Source: an uncultured virus (IMG/VR IMGVR_UViG_3300030613_000009)
Taxonomy: Duplodnaviria > Heunggongvirae > Uroviricota > Caudoviricetes
IMG/VR virus record: IMGVR_UViG_3300030613_000009
Span: 1 to 64,000 of that record
Reading direction: 5' to 3' (one strand)
Length of the DNA stretch: 64,000 bases
Part shown: positions 37,934 to 48,145 of the stretch, in pieces
Layout of the letters: every line of letters begins with the position of its first letter
Numbering within the stretch: position 1 is the stretch's first letter
Notes under the pieces: model-generated
Seen by the model: only the letters and a program-made list of their open reading frames with translations
Database searches by the model: none
What the model was told of the DNA's origin: nothing
Program-made: the position numbers and the translations under genes

Positions 37934-38179
37934 ATGAAACACAAAATCATCAATCTGCTGAGCCTGTATATTCCACAGACGGTTCGAAGCCTAGCCTGGC
38001 AGATTGGCGCGCATTATTCGACCATTCGTAGAGCCCTGAATGGCATGATTGCCGAAGGGGTTGTGGTACGGTTCCGAAGCTGCTGGGGCGGCCCCTACCA
38101 GTATCTCCTTGACGGCAATTGTCGGTTCTCTACGCTACAACTGCACGGTTACAACATCAAGCTCGCAGCCGTCCTCTAA
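37934..38179 (+). CDS. winged-HTH protein
   Basis: TVRSLAWQIGAHYSTIRRALNGM; AGGAG RBS. Confidence 0.65.
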   Translation: MKHKIINLLSLYIPQTVRSLAWQIGAHYSTIRRALNGMIAEGVVVRFRSCWGGPYQYLLDGNCRFSTLQLHGYNIKLAAVL

Positions 38180-38188
38180 AGGAACACA

Positions 38189-38542
38189 ATGATTCTCTCA
38201 AGCGAACAGTTTTCCCGCGAGTACCCAGAGACATTCCGCAACGCGGCATGGTGCGATGCCGTTTTCGGGGAAATAAAAACATCGTGCGGGGAAATCCCAT
38301 ACGTGCTGTACGGATTCGGGTTCGCCGCTCCACCCAGGATGATTCTTCGGTGGAAAAGCGAGTGGGTCAACGTCACTCGGGACGTTGTCCAAATGCGAGA
38401 CAACCTCAACCTAGAGGATTCCGTCATCCACCTGGAAGACGACGATTGGGCAAATGTTCGTGTCCCGGTGTCGAGCCTAGTGCGCGAATACAAGGACGCT
38501 ACGCCCGGTGGGCTTGGTTTTTACGGCCTTTACGGCTTTTAG
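38189..38542 (+). CDS. hypothetical protein
   Basis: AAGGA RBS. Confidence 0.6.
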   Translation: MILSSEQFSREYPETFRNAAWCDAVFGEIKTSCGEIPYVLYGFGFAAPPRMILRWKSEWVNVTRDVVQMRDNLNLEDSVIHLEDDDWANVRVPVSSLVREYKDATPGGLGFYGLYGF

Positions 38543-38678
38543 TCTTCCGCTTGGGCTTGCGTTCCATCAACTTCTCACCGAGCTTTTGGCCTATTTCGGC
38601 TGCGGCTGCTACGGCCATCGCTTCGACGACTTCCTTCAGAACGTACTGCCACAGGGGCTTGACTAGAACGCTCAACAT
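38499..38678 (-). CDS. small late protein with basic tail (below ORF-track cutoff)
   Basis: TAATCT exactly 7 nt before ATG; 59 aa MLSVLVKP...RKPKRKTKSRKGRK. Confidence 0.5.
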   Translation of the reverse strand: MLSVLVKPLWQYVLKEVVEAMAVAAAAEIGQKLGEKLMERKPKRKTKSRKGRKNQAHRA

Positions 38679-38695
38679 GTGCTATAGATTATCCC

Positions 38696-38869
38696 ATGGT
38701 TGAAATCATTTACTTCCCGAAGAAGTGTCTCGAGTGCGGCTCCGTAATGGTAGCCATCAAGAAGATGTCCGGCAGCACGTATTTGGACTGCCCGAACCCC
38801 AAGTGCCACGTCTCTACCGACTACGAAGGGGATGGGTACGACGGTTACTTCAAGGACTACAAATGGTAA
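38696..38869 (+). CDS. small C4 Zn-ribbon protein
   Basis: CLECGSVM...CPNPKC; TTGACT(38659) upstream. Confidence 0.65.
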   Translation: MVEIIYFPKKCLECGSVMVAIKKMSGSTYLDCPNPKCHVSTDYEGDGYDGYFKDYKW

Positions 38870-38896
38870 CCCCGCCCTCCCAAAGAGAAGGCGGGG
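38870..38896. terminator. hairpin between convergent genes
   Basis: CCCCGCC...GGCGGGG. Confidence 0.55.
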
Positions 38897-38912
38897 CGAC
38901 ACACAAACAGAC

Positions 38913-39383
38913 TTACGGTAGGGTTGCAGCTCCGACAGACTCGGACAGTTCAGTGTCTTCGTCGTCAATCAGCAATCCCAGGTACGTTACCGAGACATCT
39001 TCGAGCGCTCGCGCATTCAGTGTGGTCGAGTAGCTAACGGGACGGACCGAATGGACCTTGTGGATATCGCGGCCCGTTTGACGGTCCGTTATGACCAACT
39101 GCAGGTATTCGTGTGTCAGCAGGTCGCGGGTGTTGGGGACCTTCATCATGCGGTGAACCCCCGCCCCAATGACTCGAAAGCCGGAGCACTGGACGGTTAC
39201 TGCCTCTTGGGCGGTGTACACCAGCTCATCGGGGCTGAATCGACCCAGAATGTTCACTGGCTGGACGTCGAACGTAAGCCCTACCGTAACCGTGTGAAAG
39301 CTACCTACAAGCTCGGGCTTGCCTGAATTCGGGTCGGCGATGAATACCTTCGCTCGGGCGCCGCTCATTACCTTGCTGGCCAT
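38913..39383 (-). CDS. tail tube protein
   Basis: 156 aa downstream of sheath; VMSGARAKV...ILGRFSPDELVYT; TAAGGAG RBS. Confidence 0.75.
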   Translation of the reverse strand: MASKVMSGARAKVFIADPNSGKPELVGSFHTVTVGLTFDVQPVNILGRFSPDELVYTAQEAVTVQCSGFRVIGAGVHRMMKVPNTRDLLTHEYLQLVITDRQTGRDIHKVHSVRPVSYSTTLNARALEDVSVTYLGLLIDDEDTELSESVGAATLP

Positions 39384-39468
39384 AGAAAATTCTCCTTAGT
39401 TCTGGCAAAGCCAGGAAGTTAGGTTTACGGTTGACAGATTACACGGGATGAAGTAAAGTGCGTACGTA

Positions 39469-39666
39469 ATGAAAGTCACCATCTATTATGAAGACGGAGT
39501 GCGGTGTATGGTACCGTCCGAGCCCGACGAGACCCGTACCCAAGAAATCTCACGCGACACTTGGTGTCGATACAACTTGTTTCTGCAACAAGAGAGAAAC
39601 TGGCAGCTCTTTCTGAGAAGACTCGACAACTTCGCCTTTGCTGCTGAGGACGACCGGGAGGATTGA
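39469..39666 (+). CDS. hypothetical protein
   Basis: TTGACA(39431)-N17-TAAAGT upstream. Confidence 0.5.
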   Translation: MKVTIYYEDGVRCMVPSEPDETRTQEISRDTWCRYNLFLQQERNWQLFLRRLDNFAFAAEDDRED

Positions 39667-39697
39667 CATCTGGGTGGGATGGGGGTATAGGTGTAGG

Positions 39698-40384
39698 ATG
39701 GCCAACTTCCTTATCTATGTATTGTCGGGTCCAGACGGAGAAATACGTTACGTTGGACAGACTACCAAAACTCTCAACAGGCGGTTACGCGAGCACCTGC
39801 AGCCGTCCTGCCTTAAGAAGCCCTCCCACAGAACACATTGGCTGAAGGGCCTGGTCGATATTGGGGAGCGACCTACAATCGCTCTTCTCCAGGTCTTGTA
39901 TGGCGAGGGCGACGCAAACGCAGCCGAAATCTATTGGATCGCTTGGTGCCGTCAGAATGGATATCGGCTAGTCAACGACGCCGAGGGAGGCTGTGGGGTA
40001 AGGGGCTTGTCCGCAGAGACAAGACAGAAAATGAGTGATGCCAAGAAGGGCATGGTTCCGAAGTGTTCCAGCCTGCCAAAGTCCGAATCCACTAAAGAAC
40101 TAATCAGACAGGCCCATATCGGCAAGAAAGCGTCTGAGGAGACAAAAATAAAGATGGGAAACTCCCGGAGGGGCCGCAAACACACCGATGAAACCAAACG
40201 ATTGATGTCCGCAAAGGCCTTGGGTCGGCCCAAAAGCGACGAGGCTAAGAGAAATATATCTGAGGCCGCACGTCGGAGGAAACCACCGAGCGAAGAAGCC
40301 AGGAAGAACATGTCCCTGGCTGGCCAAAAACGATGGGCTAAGCTTAGGCTGACTGCTGAACCGCCGACACAAGGAAATTTATGA
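39698..40384 (+). CDS. GIY-YIG homing endonuclease with NUMOD3-like repeats
   Basis: LIYVL...RYVGQT...RLREH, EIYWI, LVN...GG; SEETK.KM repeats. Confidence 0.88.
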   Translation: MANFLIYVLSGPDGEIRYVGQTTKTLNRRLREHLQPSCLKKPSHRTHWLKGLVDIGERPTIALLQVLYGEGDANAAEIYWIAWCRQNGYRLVNDAEGGCGVRGLSAETRQKMSDAKKGMVPKCSSLPKSESTKELIRQAHIGKKASEETKIKMGNSRRGRKHTDETKRLMSAKALGRPKSDEAKRNISEAARRRKPPSEEARKNMSLAGQKRWAKLRLTAEPPTQGNL

Positions 40385-42911
40385 GGACGAATTCGATGGC
40401 CGTCGCCAATTTAATTTCACAGGACACCAGCATAGCATTGCCGTTGATTTTGATGACGAGGTTCTTGTATCCCTTAGGGGCCCCATCGTCACTCGGGGCG
40501 ATGAGCTTGAGGCGAAGCATGTCCGCCAAAACGCTTTCGGCGAAGGACCGAGCCACAGCCGCACTGATGTCGGCCACAGATTGACCCACACAAGCACGTT
40601 CCATTCGCTGGGCCATTGTCAGCGAAACGGTATCCGCTGCGTAGACGGCCTGAATGCTGTTGAAGACGAAGTTGGAGTCCGTTCCGTAAGATGTTTGGTC
40701 GCTCAGGAAGATGTACCCGCCTCCGTCCATCGGAATACCAGCGACCAAAAGTCCGGCTTGCAGGGCTGATTCGACCTGTGAGTCGTTCTTCGGGTTGAAG
40801 TCACCAGCGCGGGACAGTACGCCCGAGGTGTTGATTCCCTTGTGCTCGACGTTGCGGTAGAACCCTGCGGCCTGAATGCCTGCAGCGAGTGAAGCGCCCA
40901 TCCAAGGGAGGAATTGCTGGATAGAGCCGTCCGAGCCGATTTGCTTGAAGTCCTGGAAGGCAACTGAACTTCGGAACGAGGCGATGTTGGCTGAGACGTT
41001 CTTCGAGGTATCGAAGTCAGATGCAATCGAAAGGAACGCTTGACGATTGCGACGTCGCTTGAGGGTTGACATCGAGAGGACGTGTGACTTGGCTCCTGCG
41101 TGGATTGCTGAGATGGTGTACGAAGAAGCGGGAACCGGGGGGACTGCTGTTGGGACCCCGCCTTCCGTAAGTCCGTCCAGAATGTCTTCCGAAGCGTCAC
41201 GAGAGAACAACGGAACGAGGAAGTTGCCTCGGACTTGCTCGAGAGCTGCGTATGCCGCCTGGATGGTTGCGTCTGAAGTTCCGCCCCACGTCCCGCCAGC
41301 CAGGAAAACCTGAGCTGCCATTACATCGGGGAGTCCGCTCTGTGCTGCTACGGTTGGGTCGTTGACTTGAACGAGGCTCGAGGAGCCGCTGACTTCATTG
41401 TAGAAGCGGTAGGCGTCCACCTTGAGACGGCCAGGCTGTGTCCCGAACTGTCCGCAGATGTCCTTGGTGGTGACGTCGTCAAGGGCGTACGCGGGAAGGT
41501 TGCCTAGAGCTGCGGTACCGACTGAGCACGAATAACCGGTCTGGCTAGCGATGAAATCTGCTACGGCTTGGATATTCGAGAAGTCGTTGAGGTTGACGCT
41601 GAGGTTCCCACCTGAGCCGCCAGTGACAGCGGTCGTCAGAAGGTCATCCGTCAGAGTCATCGTGGCGGTTGTGCCTTGGTAGCCAATCTTGAGGACGATT
41701 TCGCCGCCGACAGTGGAGGACTCAGAAATTGCCGTGGAGGACTGGTTGGTGCTCAGGGTGACTTTGTATTCAGCAGACGAAACTAGGAGCTTGGCGGATG
41801 AAGCCTTGCTCACCCAAGAAACGGCGGTGGTGGTTCCGAGGACGAAGGCGGTGCGAGAAAGGAGGTCAGCGCCAGTGGTGAGTTCCGCAAGCTCGAGTGA
41901 CTTGCCGACGCCATCGATTACGGCACCAGACTCGAGCGAAATCGAGACGGGAGCGAAGGCCTGTAGGTCTGTCACTGCGGAGGGGCTGACGGCCAGAACG
42001 TTGGCTGGGCCTGTGATGGTTCCGGGTACGCCAGCGGGCTTGGTAGCGTCGCTGAGCTTGGTCGCAGTGATAGAAACAGAGCTGGTCGCTGTGACGACGT
42101 ACGCCCCGACGTTTTCGTCGGCTGCGCCCTTGAGGGGGTTCATGGCTCCGAAGGGGAGGACCAGGGTGTCTCCCACTGCCGGGGTATTGTCCCATGCGCC
42201 GCCAGCGATGGTGGCAACGATGGTATTGCTTAGGGCTGGGGTCACGGTAATCGCAACCGTACGTGCTCCGATAGGAGCAAGGAGTAGGTTGCGGGTCGCG
42301 CCGCCAGAACAGGTCACGCCCGGAAGAGCCTCGATGAGGCCTTGGAATGCGGGAGGCAGCATTGCGGCTGAAACAGTCGAACCAACTGCAGCGCCACCGC
42401 TGACGCGAATACGGTAGTCGACAGCGCCGACTGGGGGAATGTAAGTGAAGACGTCAGTCGTAGGTAGAACTTCAGCCTGTGCTTGAGTGGTCCGGTACGC
42501 AATGCCATTGCCAGCCTTGCCGTACGAGCGGTCGAACAACGTGGCGTAGGTTCCGCCACCAATCTTCGGAAGCGCGCCAGAAGCTTTCGTTCCGATGTTG
42601 GTCTTGACCAGAATGCAACGACTGAGGGAGCCGGTGATGTCTGGGTCGTTGGCTGCAGCGATGGCAGCTCGGAAGGAATCGACGAGGGGGCCGCCCTGAT
42701 ACTTGGCCTGGACTTCGGCCAGCTGGTCTGGACCGAAGGCGTTTTGCTCAAGGTCTTCCTCTTGGGTGAAGTCGGGGCCGCCATTGGCTTCGCCGACAAG
42801 CATCAACACGCCGGTCGTGGCCAGCCCGCTAGGGTTGGACTGGACCGTGTATTTAGCGTAAGCTCCCGGAATCACTAGAGTTCCGTCAACAGTGCTGAGC
42901 GATTTGGCCAT
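40344..42911 (-). CDS. tail sheath protein
   Basis: IPGAY, LVGEANGGP, C-terminal DQTSY...NSIQAVYAAD; AGGAG RBS; upstream of tube. Confidence 0.88.
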   Translation of the reverse strand: MAKSLSTVDGTLVIPGAYAKYTVQSNPSGLATTGVLMLVGEANGGPDFTQEEDLEQNAFGPDQLAEVQAKYQGGPLVDSFRAAIAAANDPDITGSLSRCILVKTNIGTKASGALPKIGGGTYATLFDRSYGKAGNGIAYRTTQAQAEVLPTTDVFTYIPPVGAVDYRIRVSGGAAVGSTVSAAMLPPAFQGLIEALPGVTCSGGATRNLLLAPIGARTVAITVTPALSNTIVATIAGGAWDNTPAVGDTLVLPFGAMNPLKGAADENVGAYVVTATSSVSITATKLSDATKPAGVPGTITGPANVLAVSPSAVTDLQAFAPVSISLESGAVIDGVGKSLELAELTTGADLLSRTAFVLGTTTAVSWVSKASSAKLLVSSAEYKVTLSTNQSSTAISESSTVGGEIVLKIGYQGTTATMTLTDDLLTTAVTGGSGGNLSVNLNDFSNIQAVADFIASQTGYSCSVGTAALGNLPAYALDDVTTKDICGQFGTQPGRLKVDAYRFYNEVSGSSSLVQVNDPTVAAQSGLPDVMAAQVFLAGGTWGGTSDATIQAAYAALEQVRGNFLVPLFSRDASEDILDGLTEGGVPTAVPPVPASSYTISAIHAGAKSHVLSMSTLKRRRNRQAFLSIASDFDTSKNVSANIASFRSSVAFQDFKQIGSDGSIQQFLPWMGASLAAGIQAAGFYRNVEHKGINTSGVLSRAGDFNPKNDSQVESALQAGLLVAGIPMDGGGYIFLSDQTSYGTDSNFVFNSIQAVYAADTVSLTMAQRMERACVGQSVADISAAVARSFAESVLADMLRLKLIAPSDDGAPKGYKNLVIKINGNAMLVSCEIKLATAIEFVLINFLVSAVQQSA

Positions 42912-42934
42912 GAGAATTCTCCTGGTAAGGCAGA

Positions 42935-45190
42935 TTACTTGGGATTATTTAGTCTGGCAAAAATACCAGGGCGAGATTGGGGCTGAACGGAAACCGTTGT
43001 GGTGGTCCGATGGATGGGCTTGACGGGAGCCGGTGGCTTGTAGGCTCCGGCCATTGCGTCGGCAAACATTGCGGCACGGTCCTCTTGCTCGTGTGGGGCT
43101 GGGAGCTTGACCTTAGGGGTTGGAGCTGCCGATGGGGCGCCCATTGCTTGGCTTTCGCGGTGGGCGATGTCAGACATCACGCCCTTGCCGAGTGGCGGCA
43201 TTTTTGGGGCTGTCGGTGGTTTCGGGATGCTGCCGCCAGCAGCAGGCTTCATTGCATTGCCTGGCTTGGAAACCGGCGTCTTGGTACCCATGTTTGCGCC
43301 AGACGGGGGTTTCGCCATAGGCGGCTCTGCCTTCTGGGTCGGCGACTTGACTGGAGTCTCTTTGTGTGGGAAGTCCCGTGGCTTCTTGGTGGGTGCCGGC
43401 TTGGCAGAAGACTCTTCTGCATTCCTACCTTCGCCGCTCACCTGCCAGGGCTTGCCTTGATAGAATGGACCTGGAGCATGGCGCGGGTCGCCCTTGCGAA
43501 TGTCCGACAGCGTTTTGCCCTTCTTGATTTGCCCGCCTGAACCTTCGGCAGATACTTCCTTCGAAGTCGCAGGCATCTTGGTGACTACGCCGTTGCAGGA
43601 CTGCTTGCCCTTGGGGTCGACGAGTTCGTCCTTCTTGATGCAGGCACATTCAGACTTGCCACAGCCCTTGCAAAGCTCGGCCTTTTGGGCGACCATCGGG
43701 CGTACGGCGGTTCCACCGTGGAGAGGGTCGTTCTTGCCTTGAGGATTGAGGTGGGCGGGAGCTACGTCCTCGATGCCGGACGAGACGGTCGTGCCTACGT
43801 TGTGTTTGTGGGGAGGAATGAGAGCCTTGGCCATTTCCCTTTTGCGCAAGTCTTCGATTTGTGCCGTAAGGTTCTTAATACGGTCTAGAGCAGCTTGTCG
43901 GTCGATAGGATTGGCCACGTTTTTCTCCTGCAATGTCGAAAAGATTACAGCACTTTCCGATTTTGCGGTAACCACACCTCGACCTGGCCCAGCGTTGGCT
44001 GGACTGTTGAGGTGTGCTGTCAGCATTTTGTGTATTTGCGCGCCTTGCGGGTGCGTTTGTAGGGCTGCGATGAAGTTGGGATGGTTCATGTGCTGGGTGA
44101 TGAACTTGCCTCTGGCTGGAGAGCCCTTCGGAAGAGCCTTGAGTCCTTGCGTGAATCCTTCAACGGTACTGTGGGTTCCTGCCGGAATTTCTGCCTTGTG
44201 CACTCTCATCTTGCGGGGGTGTATCTTTTTGTACTCTTCCCGAGTATGGAACTTGCCCTTTTCCGTGTAGCCCTCGTCGTAGTTTTCTTTGGGCTCGGGT
44301 AGTTCTTTGTGGTCGTGGTAGGCTGTATCGGTTTCGGTCACGCTGCCGGTGGTTTTGTGGCGCCAGGCAATCTTGACTTTGGGCTCAGCTTTGGCCATAG
44401 GCTGACTACCGCGTACTAGGTCCAGCGCGATAGATAGAGGAACTTCATGCGAGTGAGGGACGAACCCGATTTGCTCCATGTTTGGGAGAGTGCTGGCGAC
44501 CGCTACGTGTACAGCATTCGCCATCGCGCAATTGTGCTCACGGTTGAAGACGTCATCGGAAATATGCATACCGAGAGCCCCAGCCAACTCGCGCTGCTTC
44601 CTGGAAGCTAGGTCTTCCCAATGAACGTCAGATTCCGGACTCGGCGCTGGTCCGTACAGTTTGTCGATTTCTGGCTTGGTCAATGCTCGGGCTAGCTGGA
44701 TGAGGGTCTGCTTTGCGTTTTCCGTGTTGAATTGCTGGGGGTCCGTCTCCCCTGGGTCATGGACAGGAAGGAGGCCGGATTGGAAGTCGTGTTCTGGGGC
44801 ACGAGACCCGTACCTGCCGCCGTGCAGGAAGGACTTGAAGCCGTAGCTTTGGACTAGCTTGTGTATTTCTGGTAGCTTGGTCCGAAGGTCATAGGCGGAT
44901 GGGGTAGCTGCGCCGGCCCCCATGGCTGCACCGAATGGAGTCAACAGAGACGGGATGTGCTCACCCTGGCCAGCCAGTTCGGCGCCTAGGTCGGCTACGA
45001 TGTCTGGTTCAGCCTTGGTGAGACCTGGCTTCTTGGTTTGGGCTCTGCTTCTGAGGGCAGCAAGGGCGCCTTGGTTGGCGTGGGTCGCCTCCGTCTGCGC
45101 TGGGAAGTATGCGTCCACCCCGCTCATAATACCGAATGAGCCCTGGCCAGAAAAAACTGGATGGTTTTGGAGGTGCGGAGGAATAGCCAT
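42935..45190 (-). CDS. late, low-complexity putative internal head polyprotein
   Basis: TAATCT 7 nt before ATG; modules separated by TKAE, AKAE, HKAE, AKSE, AKAL, QKAE. Confidence 0.65.
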   Translation of the reverse strand: MAIPPHLQNHPVFSGQGSFGIMSGVDAYFPAQTEATHANQGALAALRSRAQTKKPGLTKAEPDIVADLGAELAGQGEHIPSLLTPFGAAMGAGAATPSAYDLRTKLPEIHKLVQSYGFKSFLHGGRYGSRAPEHDFQSGLLPVHDPGETDPQQFNTENAKQTLIQLARALTKPEIDKLYGPAPSPESDVHWEDLASRKQRELAGALGMHISDDVFNREHNCAMANAVHVAVASTLPNMEQIGFVPHSHEVPLSIALDLVRGSQPMAKAEPKVKIAWRHKTTGSVTETDTAYHDHKELPEPKENYDEGYTEKGKFHTREEYKKIHPRKMRVHKAEIPAGTHSTVEGFTQGLKALPKGSPARGKFITQHMNHPNFIAALQTHPQGAQIHKMLTAHLNSPANAGPGRGVVTAKSESAVIFSTLQEKNVANPIDRQAALDRIKNLTAQIEDLRKREMAKALIPPHKHNVGTTVSSGIEDVAPAHLNPQGKNDPLHGGTAVRPMVAQKAELCKGCGKSECACIKKDELVDPKGKQSCNGVVTKMPATSKEVSAEGSGGQIKKGKTLSDIRKGDPRHAPGPFYQGKPWQVSGEGRNAEESSAKPAPTKKPRDFPHKETPVKSPTQKAEPPMAKPPSGANMGTKTPVSKPGNAMKPAAGGSIPKPPTAPKMPPLGKGVMSDIAHRESQAMGAPSAAPTPKVKLPAPHEQEDRAAMFADAMAGAYKPPAPVKPIHRTTTTVSVQPQSRPGIFARLNNPK

Positions 45191-45200
45191 ACCGCAAAGA

Positions 45201-46229
45201 TTATCGGGTCTGGCTCAACCCATCGTATTCGCCGACCCATAGCTGGTCGTCTGGATTCATACCTGCAGGTAGGTGGTCGGAACCGGTCACTCGCTCTTGA
45301 GCCACAATGCCATCGATGGCAGGTGCGATGATTTTGGGCCAGTACATCCGCACATACCCAGAAACCATCACGTTTCGCGTGAACACGGCTTCGGTGTCTG
45401 GGAAGGTTTGGTTGATTTTGAGGTCGCTCGAGGTGAAGGTGGACCGCTCAAACCCCCGCGCCTCAAGGAGAAATTCTTTGTAGCGCAATAAACAAAACAC
45501 CACCACCGAATGCAGTAGCACCGTCAGCGTCGGTTCGCCGCCCACATTGACGCTGACCTGGTAAGTCTCTTTGAAGCTGGAGGACTCGATTGAAGTCACC
45601 CACGATGGGCGGTGGCCCTTGAGCACGGCGCCTTTGAAGTCGGCAACAGTAGCTGGGGCAATCTGGAAGCTCGTAGCATCGTAGACCTTTAGGATTTCGT
45701 ATGGGGTGCCGACTTTGTCTACAATGAACATGCCTTCTGCGATGAGTATGTCGTCCGGCAGGTCCCTGGACTTCATCAGCACGATACCAGTCAATGGCTC
45801 GTACGAAGATGGGGTGAAGGGCCTAGTCAAAGCTGGCCAATCACCTAGCGTGGTTTCGAATGCGGTTTCTGGGTTGATGTCGCCTAGCGTCGATTCGTTG
45901 GTGGCTTCACCGGAATCGGCCATAGTTATGACGATACACGGTACGGTAAGCTCATTGCGGACGGGCGAAATCTTGACCGGAATGTTGGTATCCATGAACC
46001 ATTTCTTGCATTGGTTCAGTTCCTTCATTCCGTACTCTTTCCAGGTCAGGGAATCCTGGGGCAAAGAGGCCCACACGAAGTTCAAAAGACTGGGGTTGGC
46101 GCGCAAATCTGCAAAAGCAACATCTAAAGCGCTCTTGAGGATGAGGTCTCCCTGATGGATTCCCAAGACCTTAGTGGTAAGGGCATCGGGCAAAGGAAGT
46201 TCAAGGCGTTTGACGAGTGGTTGGGCCAT
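45201..46229 (-). CDS. neck/tail terminator-like structural protein
   Basis: late motif; PCIVITM...E pattern; upstream of sheath. Confidence 0.55.
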   Translation of the reverse strand: MAQPLVKRLELPLPDALTTKVLGIHQGDLILKSALDVAFADLRANPSLLNFVWASLPQDSLTWKEYGMKELNQCKKWFMDTNIPVKISPVRNELTVPCIVITMADSGEATNESTLGDINPETAFETTLGDWPALTRPFTPSSYEPLTGIVLMKSRDLPDDILIAEGMFIVDKVGTPYEILKVYDATSFQIAPATVADFKGAVLKGHRPSWVTSIESSSFKETYQVSVNVGGEPTLTVLLHSVVVFCLLRYKEFLLEARGFERSTFTSSDLKINQTFPDTEAVFTRNVMVSGYVRMYWPKIIAPAIDGIVAQERVTGSDHLPAGMNPDDQLWVGEYDGLSQTR

Positions 46230-46264
46230 ATGGGAAAGATTATGGGGTGTGGTAGAATAGAGAT

Positions 46265-47230
46265 ATGAAACAGAACTCCCTCAAACTCAAAGCACCGCAC
46301 CTGGAGGCCGAATGGCATCCGACCAAGAACGGAGACGTCCGATTTGAAGGCGTCACTTGTGGGTCCGAGCGAGAATGCTGGTGGGTGTGTTCGAAGATGC
46401 ACGAATGGTCCGCAACTCCCTACAATAGGACCAGGAACGGTAGCGGGTGTCCGACATGTTCTACCCAAAGAAACAGTGGCCCCCGCCAGGCGCGCCTGCA
46501 CAACTCTTTAGCGACCTGTTCCCCAGAACTACGCCCCGAATGGCATCCCAAAAACGCGCGGGTCTTTGATACTATAGCTAAGGGATGCACAAGCGAATTT
46601 TGGTGGGTATGCGCAGAAGGTCACGAATGGGCGATGAGCCCCAACATGCGAGTGTCGCAGGCGCAAGGATGTCCGTACTGTAGCGGGCGTCGTGTGTCGC
46701 CCCAAAACGCACTATCGGCTGTGCGACCGCAGCTATGCCAAGAATGGCATCCCACAAAGAATAAACACCTTACGCCAGATACTGTATCGTATGGATCCGC
46801 CCAAAAGGTATGGTGGATATGCGCTAAGGGCCACGAGTGGCCGGCCTCGATTGCCAATAGATCTAAAGCCCTAGACCCAAGGGGCTGTCCGAAATGCGCC
46901 GACATCGCCCAGCATTCCAAAGCCGAGTTGGCTATCCTAGGAGCGGTTCGGGGTCTCCATCCAGATGCGGGTCACGGCGACGGCCTTTTGAACAACAAGC
47001 GATTCAAACTGGATATATACGTACCGTCACTTCGTAAGGCGATAGAATATGATGGCGGTAAGTGGCACTCGGAGTCCAGACGCGTAGAGTGCGACTTGCG
47101 CAAAAACCAACAGTGTCTCGATGCTGGAATTAAACTCCTCAGAGTCAAAGACTCCGAGTACGAAAAGCACTTAGGTGGCAACCCCGCCGCCACAATCAAA
47201 CGAGTCCTTGACTGGCTCGCGTCAGCGTAG
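46265..47230 (+). CDS. three Zn-ribbon repeats plus Vsr/DUF559-like endonuclease
   Basis: EWHP.KN...WW.C..GHEW...GCP.C x3; LDIYVPSLRKAIEYDGGKWH. Confidence 0.85.
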   Translation: MKQNSLKLKAPHLEAEWHPTKNGDVRFEGVTCGSERECWWVCSKMHEWSATPYNRTRNGSGCPTCSTQRNSGPRQARLHNSLATCSPELRPEWHPKNARVFDTIAKGCTSEFWWVCAEGHEWAMSPNMRVSQAQGCPYCSGRRVSPQNALSAVRPQLCQEWHPTKNKHLTPDTVSYGSAQKVWWICAKGHEWPASIANRSKALDPRGCPKCADIAQHSKAELAILGAVRGLHPDAGHGDGLLNNKRFKLDIYVPSLRKAIEYDGGKWHSESRRVECDLRKNQQCLDAGIKLLRVKDSEYEKHLGGNPAATIKRVLDWLASA

Positions 47231-47248
47231 CTGTGCTACAATACCCAT

Positions 47249-47557
47249 ATGGACGCCCCACTCAACGCCGAACAACTCGAAGCCATCGCCCGATTCCTAC
47301 ACATGTTGGTGACAAGCCGAGAGGCCAAGTTGGCGTTCGGAGCCCACCAGCGCCAGCTAATTAAAGACGCGTTGTCCCGAAAAATAACACTTGACAATCC
47401 ACGAACTCGGTGGCTAATATCGACCCGAGACCGAGTTATCGCCGCTCTAATCGAAGAGGCTGAAAAGTACAACGCAGAAAATCCACACGACCGCATCAGC
47501 CATCAGGACATGGCCGACGCCATCGCTACCGTAGGATTGAGGTTCGGAATCAAATGA
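47249..47557 (+). CDS. hypothetical protein
   Basis: TGcTACAAT-N6-ATG. Confidence 0.65.
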   Translation: MDAPLNAEQLEAIARFLHMLVTSREAKLAFGAHQRQLIKDALSRKITLDNPRTRWLISTRDRVIAALIEEAEKYNAENPHDRISHQDMADAIATVGLRFGIK

Positions 47558-47913
47558 ATATTTCAGGAGTGGACAGAACCTTTCCGAATCTAGGTAGCCC
47601 CTATGGCATGGAACTTGCCGCACGAATTATTGTCCGAAGGTGGCCCAAGGCTGCCTTTCTGGACTTGACCGAACATATCTGCGGGGTGGATGGGGTAGCC
47701 TTCGGCCAGACGCTAGTCCTCTTTGTCTATCGGAGCTTCGAAATGGTCATAAGTTGGGACGTTTCGGAGAACCCCAACGATATGATTGAGCTATCCATTG
47801 TCCCGGAAGGGTTGATGGTGGTTGTGGGCGACGACAAGGACCCCACGATGGCGGGGATTTTAGCCGAGCTGGAAGCGGTCCGGCTCCCTGGGATTCCTCC
47901 AAGCTTTACTTGA
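47554..47913 (+). CDS. hypothetical protein
   Basis: ATGA overlap. Confidence 0.6.
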   Translation: MNISGVDRTFPNLGSPYGMELAARIIVRRWPKAAFLDLTEHICGVDGVAFGQTLVLFVYRSFEMVISWDVSENPNDMIELSIVPEGLMVVVGDDKDPTMAGILAELEAVRLPGIPPSFT

Positions 47914-47944
47914 CGGTTTCGACGAAGACTGGTAGATCGACACC

Positions 47945-48145
47945 ATGAACGAAAATGAACCAAGAGCCGTTAAGAGGGCTGTACTCAAAGAGGCACTAGC
48001 TTGCTGTGTGTTCGAAATGGAGGTGCGGTTAGAGCGCAAAGGTCGCCTAAGCACTTTCGATAAGCACTCCTTCATCGTGGCACTGGACCGAGCACGCGCA
48101 GCCCTTGGGTTGCCACCCAAAAGCAGGGAATCGGTGACGAAATGA
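47945..48145 (+). CDS. hypothetical protein
   Basis: ATG 35 nt after TTGACG(47910). Confidence 0.6.
   Translation: MNENEPRAVKRAVLKEALACCVFEMEVRLERKGRLSTFDKHSFIVALDRARAALGLPPKSRESVTK

Noticed and set aside
6729..46229. Contractile injection system or tailocin instead of a phage
   Set aside because: Neck and head-associated genes, helicase, tRNA, homing endonucleases and many small phage-type genes indicate a phage genome
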